Virus record (IMG/VR): IMGVR_UViG_3300028045_001344
Span: 64,001-128,000 of that record
Source of the DNA: a virus
Reading direction: 5' to 3' (one strand)
Length of the DNA stretch: 64,000 nucleotides
Shown here: one piece after another, positions 8,800-17,395 of the stretch
Position numbering within the stretch: position 1 is the first letter of the stretch
Layout of the letters: every line of letters begins with the position of its first letter
Made by a program: the position numbers and the translations under genes
Notes under the pieces: model-generated
Databases searched by the model: none
Told to the model about the DNA's origin: nothing
The model's input: the letters and a program-made list of their open reading frames with translations, nothing else

Positions 8800-9329
8800 G
8801 GATTATTTGGGTTGATTGAGCCCTTGTCTGGTGACTCAGGAACTTCCCCTAATACAGTCGAATCCTCTGCGTCGGGCTCCGTATACCAATCATCAATTTC
8901 TTCTTCGTATCTTTCTTCTGCTTCAAACTTTGGTCTTTCTTGTTCTATGAATTGATAAGTAGAAAGAAGCACGACTTGTGTAGCATCTACACCCTCGTCA
9001 ATGGCTTCAGGATAGCTCCCCTGAATGCTCGCATATACATCACCCGCATGGACTGATGATCTTTCGACGACGCCTTTTTGTGACAGGAAATTGAAATAAT
9101 TATTTTGAATCTGGTAGATTTCATCACTCATTTCATTTTTTGGAAATGTAATAATCTTCTTGTTTGCGTGGTCAATAACAATATCCAAGTCCTTATGATC
9201 CAAAACCATAATTTTTCCATCAACGGTCTTACGAGCAATCAAAGAAATCTGTGGGTGTGTTTCACTTTCTTCTTTGATTTCTTCTGCGCTCAAGGCATCA
9301 GGAGTAACATTTATTTTAATTGACGCCAT
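8769..9329 (-). CDS. Hypothetical protein
   Basis: 186-aa ORF overlapping its neighbours in the head operon. Confidence 0.65.
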   Translation of the reverse strand: MASIKINVTPDALSAEEIKEESETHPQISLIARKTVDGKIMVLDHKDLDIVIDHANKKIITFPKNEMSDEIYQIQNNYFNFLSQKGVVERSSVHAGDVYASIQGSYPEAIDEGVDATQVVLLSTYQFIEQERPKFEAEERYEEEIDDWYTEPDAEDSTVLGEVPESPDKGSINPNNPWTYYSGYYS

Positions 9330-10152
9330 CGGATTTTATCTCATGTATCAAGCCTTGTACCTTGATCACTTTTTGTATCATTTCCTTTTTTGGTTCTTCA
9401 TTTTTAAATTCTTCTAAGGATTCTATTATGGCTTGAACCTTTTTTGTCATAGCCGCATCACTTATAATTTCTTCCATCATTAAAGATTTTTTCAAATCCT
9501 TTTTCAGTCTAGATATCTCCTCGTTCAAATATAACTTTAGACGAAGACCGTTGTCCACAAAGGAAGAAACAAATTTAGATAATAGTTCCTTCTGTTCTTT
9601 CAGGAGTTCACCAGAGTATTCAGCATTAAACTTTTTAGTAAAAGTCTTATATACCAAGTTGTCAATAGGAACCATTTGATCTTTGTCTTTAGCTTCAGAT
9701 AAGATCATTCCTTTTATGATCTGATTCTCTAATAGAACTTTTGTTTTTATGGTACTGCGTTGATTAAAGATTTGATAAATAGTAGCAAGAGATTTATAGT
9801 TAGGAACAAAATTATTGAAAGTGTCTTCTGGAAGCATTTTCTTGATTTTGCGAACTAGTTTATTTTGTTCCGATAATAGTCGTTTCTTATCAATAACCTC
9901 TCTCTGCTTAAGCACTTCCGATAATATTCTCTCTGCCGTGCGAGGGTGAGCATTTTGAGTTTTTGTCAGCGAATGATATAGTTTCAATTCTTGATGGAGA
10001 GAAGTATCAAACCTAAAAGATTCTTTTATCAGAGAGGCTATTTGTGTTTTGGAACTCTCATCTTTTTTCAAGATTGCTTTTGTTAATTCTATAACCAGAG
10101 CCTCATATAAAAAGGCACTATTCTTTTTCTTGTTGTGTTTAAATTTTACCAT
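9316..10152 (-). CDS. Helical protein directly downstream of portal (possible prohead core/scaffold-associated)
   Basis: Track ORF 9316..10185; likelier start is MVKFKHNKKKN at 10152. Function is inferred from position only. Confidence 0.55.
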   Translation of the reverse strand: MVKFKHNKKKNSAFLYEALVIELTKAILKKDESSKTQIASLIKESFRFDTSLHQELKLYHSLTKTQNAHPRTAERILSEVLKQREVIDKKRLLSEQNKLVRKIKKMLPEDTFNNFVPNYKSLATIYQIFNQRSTIKTKVLLENQIIKGMILSEAKDKDQMVPIDNLVYKTFTKKFNAEYSGELLKEQKELLSKFVSSFVDNGLRLKLYLNEEISRLKKDLKKSLMMEEIISDAAMTKKVQAIIESLEEFKNEEPKKEMIQKVIKVQGLIHEIKSDGVN

Positions 10153-12061
10153 TTTTTGCTTCTTCTCTTTTCTCCAAATTCTCAATAATTTGTTGGATTT
10201 CTCTACTATTACTTAAAACTTCGTTTTCTACCTTGGAGTCCTCAGTATAATTAGTTTCGGTATTTTCCTTTATCCCTTTGTATTGTTGCTTAAATCCATC
10301 AAGACCTGGGAAAACATTTCTTTGTGTATTCTTTCCCATCTCGGAAGCCACTTTCCCCATCATGTTTTTTCTTCTTCCGGCTTCTTCTCGATCATCATGT
10401 TTTTCTGGGATGTATGCTTTTCCTTTATCCTTTGGTGTATGGTGGGGCTTTGGGTTTTGAGTTCTCCACTTCATATCATTGCGCTTCCCCGGTTCAGCCA
10501 ATAACGTTTCGTCTTCGCCGCTGTCTTCATCATCCCCGAGGTCATCACCGAGGTCATCACCGAGGTCATCACCACCAAGGTCATCACCAAAGTCGTCGCC
10601 GCCTTCTGCGTCTCCGCCTTCTTCAGCGGTGCCCTCAAGCATGGCTTCAAATCTCTTGTCATAAAACATTTCGCGCTGGTTGCGAACAATTTCTTCATCG
10701 GATAGATTGAGAAGATTTTTTGCTACCCATTGTTTACTAAAGTATCCTTCAGTCGCAGCACCAGCAATTTCGAATTTTGTTCTCCAATGCTCTAATTCCT
10801 GAAGTTCAGCAATTTTAGAAGGGCTATTGAGATGTAATTTAAAAGATAATAAATCCTTTCCTTTGAAGCCTAGTGTATACAAATGAACAACCGCAATCTT
10901 TTCCAGTTCTGATACCACACTTCTTTGAAGCCTTTGTATTGTTCTGGCAAAACGCACATCCTTTTGTGCAAGGGTAGTTTTTTCGTCACCACCTTCATCT
11001 GATTGCGTAAGGTATGATGGTGGGACTTTCAACGCAGAAAATAGTTTATCACGCAAATATTTTACATCGTCCACATCACCCGTGTAAGTTCCGCCTGGAA
11101 GACTTTCAACTCTCGTATTAGAAGCTCCTCCGCGAACAGGGATAAAATAATCTTCATCGGTGCTCATGGGGTTGTAGCGCAAATCAACACGACCAGTTTG
11201 AGAATCAATAACTTGATTTCTTTTCATCTGTGTTACAATGCGTTGCATATGCTGTTCAATTTCCTTTTCAGGAATTCCACCAACATCCACATAAAAAACA
11301 CGTCGCTCGGGTGAGCGCACAACACGATAAGCCATCATCGCATCTTCTAATAGTTGTAGTTGTCTCCAAATGCGTCGGCAAGGCTCCAAAACAGAAGTTC
11401 CATAAGGAGCATATTTATCGTTTCCTAAAATTCGGAAATGTCCTATTTGCCAATTCTCAAAAGTAAGGCCACCACTGTTCCATTGGAATTGAACATAGTT
11501 GGGGTTTGTTTTATCTTCACCCTCCATTCTTTCTACTTCCATAGACGGAAGTCCAATGACGTTGGTGATTCCCAATTCTTCGTTAATATCAAGATATAGA
11601 AACATATCCCCAAATTTGCACATTGATCGACACCATCCAAAAATATTAAACTCAATATTCAAAACATCATAAAACAGTTGTGATAATATCTCTTTGATTT
11701 CTTCGTTGGGACAATTGATTAGAAGTAGTTTTTGAATTGCTGACGATGTGGTCATTTCATCTGCATAGATGTCTAACCCTGAAGCAATCTCGGGCATGTA
11801 TTCCATTTGATCAAAATCAATATATCGCTCCGCTCGGTTGACGTTTTGATATGCGGCTGTTCTAAAATTATCAAAAGGATTATGAGTTTGCTTTTTAAAG
11901 CTCAAGCCACCAGGAGATGTAAAACTATATTTATTCAACTGACGACGCTTAAGCTGACGTGGGTTTTGCTTTCGCCGATCAGTAATAGGACCAGATAAGA
12001 GTCTAGTTAGTGCGCGGTACAATGGGTTCTGATCATTGTTGGGGTTTCTTTTATTTTCCAT
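10139..12061 (-). CDS. Portal protein (T4 gp20-like)
   Basis: LLEDAMMAYRVVRSPERRVFYVDVG, DEDYFIPVRGG, VESLPGG, DVKYLRDKLFSALKVP, DVRFARTIQRLQ. Confidence 0.95.
   Translation of the reverse strand: MENKRNPNNDQNPLYRALTRLLSGPITDRRKQNPRQLKRRQLNKYSFTSPGGLSFKKQTHNPFDNFRTAAYQNVNRAERYIDFDQMEYMPEIASGLDIYADEMTTSSAIQKLLLINCPNEEIKEILSQLFYDVLNIEFNIFGWCRSMCKFGDMFLYLDINEELGITNVIGLPSMEVERMEGEDKTNPNYVQFQWNSGGLTFENWQIGHFRILGNDKYAPYGTSVLEPCRRIWRQLQLLEDAMMAYRVVRSPERRVFYVDVGGIPEKEIEQHMQRIVTQMKRNQVIDSQTGRVDLRYNPMSTDEDYFIPVRGGASNTRVESLPGGTYTGDVDDVKYLRDKLFSALKVPPSYLTQSDEGGDEKTTLAQKDVRFARTIQRLQRSVVSELEKIAVVHLYTLGFKGKDLLSFKLHLNSPSKIAELQELEHWRTKFEIAGAATEGYFSKQWVAKNLLNLSDEEIVRNQREMFYDKRFEAMLEGTAEEGGDAEGGDDFGDDLGGDDLGDDLGDDLGDDEDSGEDETLLAEPGKRNDMKWRTQNPKPHHTPKDKGKAYIPEKHDDREEAGRRKNMMGKVASEMGKNTQRNVFPGLDGFKQQYKGIKENTETNYTEDSKVENEVLSNSREIQQIIENLEKREEAKNGKI
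10248..10255 (-). promoter_or_regulatory. Candidate late promoter ACTAATTA
   Basis: In the portal 3' end, about 95 nt upstream of the next start. Confidence 0.4.
10536..10595 (-). repeat. 12-bp tandem repeats encoding (GDDL)n in the portal acidic tail
   Basis: gaggtcatcacc repeated; protein GDDFGDDLGGDDLGDDLGDDLGDD. Confidence 0.85.
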
Positions 12062-12063
12062 TT

Positions 12064-13653
12064 CTATCCTTTTATAATCCAGCCGAAGTCTTCATAAAGT
12101 TTTTTAGCTTCTTGTATTCTATCACTACTTTCCACACTTTTGTAGCCGGTCATGCCGGGTATTGTAGTATTTAGTTTTGTGTTTGATACAATCATCGCGT
12201 TCAGTGTTGCCCTCTTAAATTGTAAGTCGCGGGTATTCTCCTGTAAGACCGTATCTCTAATCCAACAAGTTATAGCCAGAGCCATAACTAGGTCGTCATT
12301 ATAGCTTCGCTGTGCTTCTGGTCTTCCGTTTCTCCATACAAATGTTTTTAGTTCTTGATAAGTCCTCTCCGAATTTATAGTAATTAGTTCGTTGCGAACG
12401 AATTCTTCTAACTTGGCGACGATGAGCGGTCGTGTCTTTTGTGAAGTGGTGAAGCCTGGAACAGAGTTAGAAATTTGCTCGGCTTCATATTGTTCAATAT
12501 ATTGATGAGTTCCTTTAGTAGAATAATATAAATTTGGATAACCGGCATCAATGAGTTTTTCCAATACCGAGAAACCGATATTGTTGTTTTCAACAACCAG
12601 CATCGCATTTCCATATTCTTTTCCAGCATCAAATAAAATCCTCGCAAACAAATCAGTCGTAGGTTTGCCTCGATATTCGGCAACCTGAACCATCGTGTTT
12701 GTATTAAAAATGTGAAACACTGAATAATCAGCGCCGTCGCCTCGTGAAACATCACCAACTAATAGATACTTGTTATCTGGATCATATTGTTCCCAGATCC
12801 AAAAGTTTCTATCAAAACCTGTTTGGTGTTCTGGACTGCGACAAGCTAGTGCCATCTTATTTAAATTATCCGGGTGAATAACTGTTTCGCCTGAAGCATT
12901 AAAGTTGCACTCATACTCTTGTGCAACTTTACGGCGCGAAAGGTTTCTAGTTGTTTCATCGAACCAGGCTTGATCTCTTTCCGGGTGTAATGTCCAATGA
13001 AGGATCGTGGGGTGAAAATCATTTTCGCCAGCTTGGGCAGAAACATAAGTTTTATGAAACCAGTTGCCCACCCCATTAGGAGAAGACAAGGCAATACAAC
13101 GGCCGCCCGCTGCCATTGTAGGTTGAAGTGCTGTCCATAATTCACTGAAGCCATCGATATGGGCGGCTTCGTCAATTACTAACAATGAGAGTGCTTCAGA
13201 GCGACCAGCATCAGCCGAAGTGGACGTTGCTTTAATTTCAGAACCGTTACTCAAAACAAATGATGAACGATTATCAATGGCAATTTTGGCGATCTGATCA
13301 AACCAAGGAGGTAATAATTTGATCATCGCTTTTACTTTTTTTACAAGGTTGGCTGCTGTGCTAAATTTCGTTGCAATAACAAGAACATTTTTATCACGAT
13401 GAAAAAGAAGCATCCACGAAACATATGCGGCTGTAATTGTTGAAATACCCATTTGACGGGATTTTAAAATAACGTTGTTACGGTAGTCATTAAACTTCTG
13501 TAAAAGATCTTTTTGGAAGTCCCAGGTCTTAAATGCAATTTGACCACGTTGAGGGTGGGCAATCTTACAATAATTGTCTATAAAATAAACTGGATCTTTG
13601 CCGCACTTAACAAGTTCTCGGACAAGTTCTTTTTTGGAAAGATACTGAGACAT
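12064..13653 (-). CDS. Terminase large subunit (T4 gp17-like)
   Basis: LKSRQMGIST (Walker A), LLVIDEAAH (Walker B), LSSPNG, QEYECNF, GDVSRGDGADYS, VENNNIG, NDDLVMA; likely ATG at 13653. Confidence 0.95.
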   Translation of the reverse strand: MSQYLSKKELVRELVKCGKDPVYFIDNYCKIAHPQRGQIAFKTWDFQKDLLQKFNDYRNNVILKSRQMGISTITAAYVSWMLLFHRDKNVLVIATKFSTAANLVKKVKAMIKLLPPWFDQIAKIAIDNRSSFVLSNGSEIKATSTSADAGRSEALSLLVIDEAAHIDGFSELWTALQPTMAAGGRCIALSSPNGVGNWFHKTYVSAQAGENDFHPTILHWTLHPERDQAWFDETTRNLSRRKVAQEYECNFNASGETVIHPDNLNKMALACRSPEHQTGFDRNFWIWEQYDPDNKYLLVGDVSRGDGADYSVFHIFNTNTMVQVAEYRGKPTTDLFARILFDAGKEYGNAMLVVENNNIGFSVLEKLIDAGYPNLYYSTKGTHQYIEQYEAEQISNSVPGFTTSQKTRPLIVAKLEEFVRNELITINSERTYQELKTFVWRNGRPEAQRSYNDDLVMALAITCWIRDTVLQENTRDLQFKRATLNAMIVSNTKLNTTIPGMTGYKSVESSDRIQEAKKLYEDFGWIIKG

Positions 13654-13659
13654 ACACAA

Positions 13660-13667
13660 TAATTAGT
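13660..13667 (-). promoter_or_regulatory. Candidate late promoter ACTAATTA
   Basis: 6 nt upstream of terminase ATG 13653; no SD in between. Confidence 0.45.
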
Positions 13668-14505
13668 TTTTATTTGAGACTTGTTTTAGCTTCTTTTGTA
13701 AAGGAACGATAACTTTTTTTAATAAAGTAAGTTCGCTTCCCGATGCCAGATTTCCCTGTTGGGCATATTTTCTTAGAATCTTGACAACATTTTGAATCAA
13801 ACCTCGCTCCTGATCTGAAATACCTTTGTTTAGCTCGGATGCTGCGGAAAGGTCTGCGCGTTGCGATGTCGTTGCTGATGAACTCGAAACCTTTTCCTTT
13901 CCCAGTTCTAGTTCTTCCGCTTCATTGATTTTTTTTTTAGGTTCTTCGTCTCGCTTTCCAGACACATTTTCTGGCTTCTTGGTTTTTGGGAACTTATCTT
14001 TTCCAAGACCAAGCCAATTCTTGATGCTCGTATCTAGGCGTTCTTCTACCGTGTGCCCTAGCTCGGGTTCATCTGGGATTCCACCAATCTTATATTCTTG
14101 TTGGGCTTGTACCCAAGACCTTACCTTGCTCGTAGTTTGAACAATCATATGGGGCTCACTGTCTTTTGGCTTGGTGAGAGTAAGTCCATTACCTGTAATC
14201 TTTTTATATTCCTTCTTTAGAAAGTTGGCAATATCTTGGAGTCGTTGTTCGATCTCTCCTTCATAATCACCCTTGTAGACTTCACGCAAGGTGACTTCAC
14301 CCTGATACTTGATGGTGAGCATATTGCCGTGAAAGGTTACACCAAATCCATCCATGACTCTCTTATCGAGAATTGGATGACCCTCCTCTCTTTGAAGACC
14401 AACCTTGAGTGGTTCTCCATTTTCATCAAGCGCACCGTCAAAAGCGTTTGATGCCGCTTGCTGGATACCTTGGATAATTTCTAGGACATTTGATTTTTCA
14501 GCCAT
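13663..14505 (-). CDS. Hypothetical protein upstream of terminase
   Basis: 280-aa ORF in operon. Confidence 0.65.
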   Translation of the reverse strand: MAEKSNVLEIIQGIQQAASNAFDGALDENGEPLKVGLQREEGHPILDKRVMDGFGVTFHGNMLTIKYQGEVTLREVYKGDYEGEIEQRLQDIANFLKKEYKKITGNGLTLTKPKDSEPHMIVQTTSKVRSWVQAQQEYKIGGIPDEPELGHTVEERLDTSIKNWLGLGKDKFPKTKKPENVSGKRDEEPKKKINEAEELELGKEKVSSSSATTSQRADLSAASELNKGISDQERGLIQNVVKILRKYAQQGNLASGSELTLLKKVIVPLQKKLKQVSNKN

Positions 14506-14837
14506 TTTTCTTCTCTTCCTTCAACGTGTTGAATATAACATTTAAAGCAACATTTAAACTTTGCCATATATAAATCATCCCTTCCGTGAAAGGAATAAAT
14601 ATTACATACTGGGCAAGTGCGCTCTGATTCTTTTATAAATAGTTTCTTGGGCAACAAAACACCATCAACCTCCACCTTCTCTTTGGTCTTTTCGTTTCGG
14701 GATGCCTCTTTGATTTGAGATAGGTAATCTTTTTCTTTTTTTTGATCCCAATTATTTTTAGGATTCTGTATTGCTTCATCACCATACTTCTCTTGTATGG
14801 CTTTCTCAACTTTTATAAGATGATCGGGATCTTTCAT
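14481..14837 (-). CDS. Hypothetical zinc-binding protein
   Basis: CPVC...CCFKC. Confidence 0.6.
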   Translation of the reverse strand: MKDPDHLIKVEKAIQEKYGDEAIQNPKNNWDQKKEKDYLSQIKEASRNEKTKEKVEVDGVLLPKKLFIKESERTCPVCNIYSFHGRDDLYMAKFKCCFKCYIQHVEGREEKWLKNQMS

Positions 14838-15301
14838 CTCTTTACTATTTCGCTAGCGGCGAAAAAGATTGCGATTGATGTAATCATTCCCACTGTTATT
14901 CCACCGCCAAACCACAGTATATCATAATCTCCAACATCAGTTGCAATTTTTTGTAAGCGCAAGATTTCCTCATCTTGAGCCGAGACAATGATTTTGTATT
15001 TCTTTTTCTCTATCTTGAGTTCGCTAGAAAGTAAATCATTGTCTCTCGTACACTTTGCTTGTAGTATGTCCGTTTCATATTTTACTTTTAGTTTGCACTC
15101 TTGTTCTGCTCGCGCTTTTTCTGCTAATAGTTTTGCAGTTGCTTCTATTGAGAATAGTGTTCCTGTAAATGGTGCGACATCACCTTCGTTTAGAAAAGTA
15201 AATTTCGCACTTGTGCTCGTGGTTGTTTGGGCGTTGGCTATGACCGACGAGGAAATAAAAATAATACTAATCAGTATTGCTATTGTTTTTTTTAGGTTCA
15301 T
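14834..15301 (-). CDS. Exported coiled-coil protein with C-terminal TM helix (possible spanin-like component)
   Basis: Signal peptide MNLKKTIAILISIIFISSSVIANA, coiled coil, C-terminal hydrophobic helix; no lipobox Cys. Confidence 0.45.
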   Translation of the reverse strand: MNLKKTIAILISIIFISSSVIANAQTTTSTSAKFTFLNEGDVAPFTGTLFSIEATAKLLAEKARAEQECKLKVKYETDILQAKCTRDNDLLSSELKIEKKKYKIIVSAQDEEILRLQKIATDVGDYDILWFGGGITVGMITSIAIFFAASEIVKR

Positions 15302-15665
15302 ATTCAAATCCAAACTCTAGTGTAATTCTTTCCGCCATTTGATCGGGATCATCAGTCCACTCTTTTATGACAGACTTTACAAATTTCTTTTCTTTCTTGT
15401 CTAGTATCTTATTTTCTTTAGAATACTTTTCTTCAATTTTTTTAATGGCATTATCATATTCTTTATCGATCCACTCTTTCTCTTTCTTTTTATTTATCTC
15501 AGCCGCTTCGATTGCGTCTAGTTGTTTCTTGTGAGAGTCATCAGCGGCTTTGATAATCTCCTCAATCTTGCTTTCTTTAGAACGAAAAACTAAAGCGACT
15601 ATTATGAGAACAGGTATATACCAATACGACTTTAGGAAAGACCAGATTTTTTTAAGTGCGATCAT
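15267..15665 (-). CDS. N-terminal TM plus coiled-coil protein (i-spanin-like)
   Basis: YWYIPVLIIVALVF TM followed by a charged helical region; overlaps the downstream membrane gene. Confidence 0.45.
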   Translation of the reverse strand: MIALKKIWSFLKSYWYIPVLIIVALVFRSKESKIEEIIKAADDSHKKQLDAIEAAEINKKKEKEWIDKEYDNAIKKIEEKYSKENKILDKKEKKFVKSVIKEWTDDPDQMAERITLEFGFEYEPKKNNSNTD

Positions 15666-15684
15666 TTTTTATTTCAATACCAAT

Positions 15685-16296
15685 TCAGTCTTCGCCCTCA
15701 TAACCAGTCACAGTTCGACCATCATTTTGATTTTTAAGAAAATCCCGCAACTGATCTGTAACATCCCAATCATCAGGAATATCCCTCTCAAAGTTACCTT
15801 CGTCCTGCATTGTAGAGACAAGCCACCTAACAAACGCTTTTTCGATCTTATCAGATATGATCTCCGATACTGAATCGTCCATATCTAATTTTCCTAAATT
15901 CCCTTGGGGTCGTTGGCCATCGGGCACCTGATACATTCCCAGAACAAATTCAGAAACCTCATCGGAATTAGAAAATATTTCTTTTGCGGCTGCAACACCG
16001 GGAACAAAATTTGTCAAAATTCCTAAAACTTTTTTTCTATTTTTATATTCTAAGGTACACTTTAACAGAGCATGTAATTCACCAAATGTTTTAACATCCC
16101 CACTGGATTGTAGGGTAGATGGAACTGTCTTCGTACAATAATCATCCTTTAGTTTATCATCGGCTTTATCCCACCCTTTGCCAAATAAATCCCGAAGATT
16201 TTTGACCTTATCTAGTGCTCTCGCTGTACGACTGGGCGCTTCGGCAAGCTTGTCGGCTTCTAAATAAGAACGCCAATTTTCCATTAAGATTTTCAT
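15685..16296 (-). CDS. Leader-bearing hypothetical protein (MKILMENWRSYLE)
   Basis: Likely start at 16296 (ATGA overlap with the upstream stop), not 16350; leader shared with 20664..21503. Confidence 0.7.
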   Translation of the reverse strand: MKILMENWRSYLEADKLAEAPSRTARALDKVKNLRDLFGKGWDKADDKLKDDYCTKTVPSTLQSSGDVKTFGELHALLKCTLEYKNRKKVLGILTNFVPGVAAAKEIFSNSDEVSEFVLGMYQVPDGQRPQGNLGKLDMDDSVSEIISDKIEKAFVRWLVSTMQDEGNFERDIPDDWDVTDQLRDFLKNQNDGRTVTGYEGED

Positions 16297-16691
16297 TTGT
16301 TCTTCTTTTTGTTTTTTTCCGCCCACGCTATTCGAAATGCTGCGGGGCAATCATCTTTACCGCCGCATTCTTGATCCTTCAACGCCTTTACTTTGTCTTC
16401 CATTCCGGGTGGGGCTACTTCTTGGAGAGGGGTTGGTTGAAAACTATCAACAACATCATTAATGGCTGTCGTGATTTTCTCTCTTAGTTCTTTGGCATCC
16501 CTAGTGTCCAACATCTTAAACTTCAAACGAATTATTTTAGTGATCGCAGAATCCATACTCGTGCCTGGGACTGACTTTTTTTGCGGAGGGATTGGGGTGT
16601 GTCCGCTAGGAGAACCTGGGTCCATAAAGCCTGAATCCTCTTGGAGTTCTTCTTGAATAATTCTCTTAAGTTGTGACCTTGTGAGTTTCAT
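16293..16691 (-). CDS. Leader-bearing hypothetical protein (MKLTRSQLKRIIQEE)
   Basis: 132 aa, AAGGA RBS, two LQE sites, basic C-terminus. Confidence 0.7.
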   Translation of the reverse strand: MKLTRSQLKRIIQEELQEDSGFMDPGSPSGHTPIPPQKKSVPGTSMDSAITKIIRLKFKMLDTRDAKELREKITTAINDVVDSFQPTPLQEVAPPGMEDKVKALKDQECGGKDDCPAAFRIAWAEKNKKKNK

Positions 16692-16694
16692 TTT

Positions 16695-16943
16695 TTATTC
16701 CTTGATATAATCATCCCTAGCGATCCGCACAGCCCAAAAGTCGCTTTGAGGTTTATACTCCACAACTAACTTATCTCGTTGCGGGTGCTTCTTAATGAAC
16801 TTCTTTGCATCCTTCTCTGTGTAAAACAATTTTAGTGTTACCAAGGCTGCGCTTCGGGCTGCTGCTGCCGAAATATCCGCCATACGAGACTCTGAGGATT
16901 CCTCTATAATAATTCTCTTAAGTTGTGATCTTGTAATTTTCAT
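16695..16943 (-). CDS. Leader-bearing hypothetical protein (MKITRSQLKRIIIEE)
   Basis: Likely start at 16943; leader DNA is 36/39 identical to that of the next gene. Confidence 0.65.
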   Translation of the reverse strand: MKITRSQLKRIIIEESSESRMADISAAAARSAALVTLKLFYTEKDAKKFIKKHPQRDKLVVEYKPQSDFWAVRIARDDYIKE

Positions 16944-16944
16944 T

Positions 16945-17133
16945 TTAGTTTCCGTGTTTCCAGTTAGTCGCAATATCTGCGATGCCCTGTATTCCTATGT
17001 AGCCCAACGCAATAGCAACCCATTGATCGCCACTGATCGGACCTAGATATAAAAAGAGAGTGGCTAAAGAGAAAACCGTAAATTTTCTCGATACCACTTT
17101 CTCTAAAGCTTTATCAACAAATGATGAGTTCAC
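16945..17133 (-). CDS. Small two-TM holin-like protein
   Basis: 62 aa; SRKF followed by two hydrophobic helices. Confidence 0.45.
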   Translation of the reverse strand: MNSSFVDKALEKVVSRKFTVFSLATLFLYLGPISGDQWVAIALGYIGIQGIADIATNWKHGN

Positions 17134-17360
17134 TCTTTTCCTTTGTTAAATAAACTCAGTAAAACAATGAGCGATAACAAACCAACAAAACCACTTGATC
17201 CCATTGATTCAATTAATTTAACAACGTTGCCTACAACGCCCATTCCAAAAATACCTGCTCCATAAATTACTTCAACAAGAATTGCCAAAGCAAGCAAATT
17301 CATTACCAAACCTGTAAGTCCACTAACACCTTCATTAACTGTTTTTAAAATATCTTTCAT
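17130..17360 (-). CDS. Small membrane protein
   Basis: Start probably ATG 17360 behind AGGAGG; two to three hydrophobic helices. Confidence 0.6.
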   Translation of the reverse strand: MKDILKTVNEGVSGLTGLVMNLLALAILVEVIYGAGIFGMGVVGNVVKLIESMGSSGFVGLLSLIVLLSLFNKGKE

Positions 17361-17384
17361 ATTCACGTACCTCCTACGCAAATA

Positions 17385-17392
17385 TAAATAGT
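17385..17392 (-). promoter_or_regulatory. Candidate late promoter ACTATTTA
   Basis: Intergenic, just after the Mre11-Rad50 stop and before the AGGAGG RBS. Confidence 0.6.
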
Positions 17393-17395
17393 TAG

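Noticed and set aside
10536-10595. Short repeats as a CRISPR array
   Set aside because: Contiguous in-frame 12-bp coding repeats with no spacers and no cas genes.
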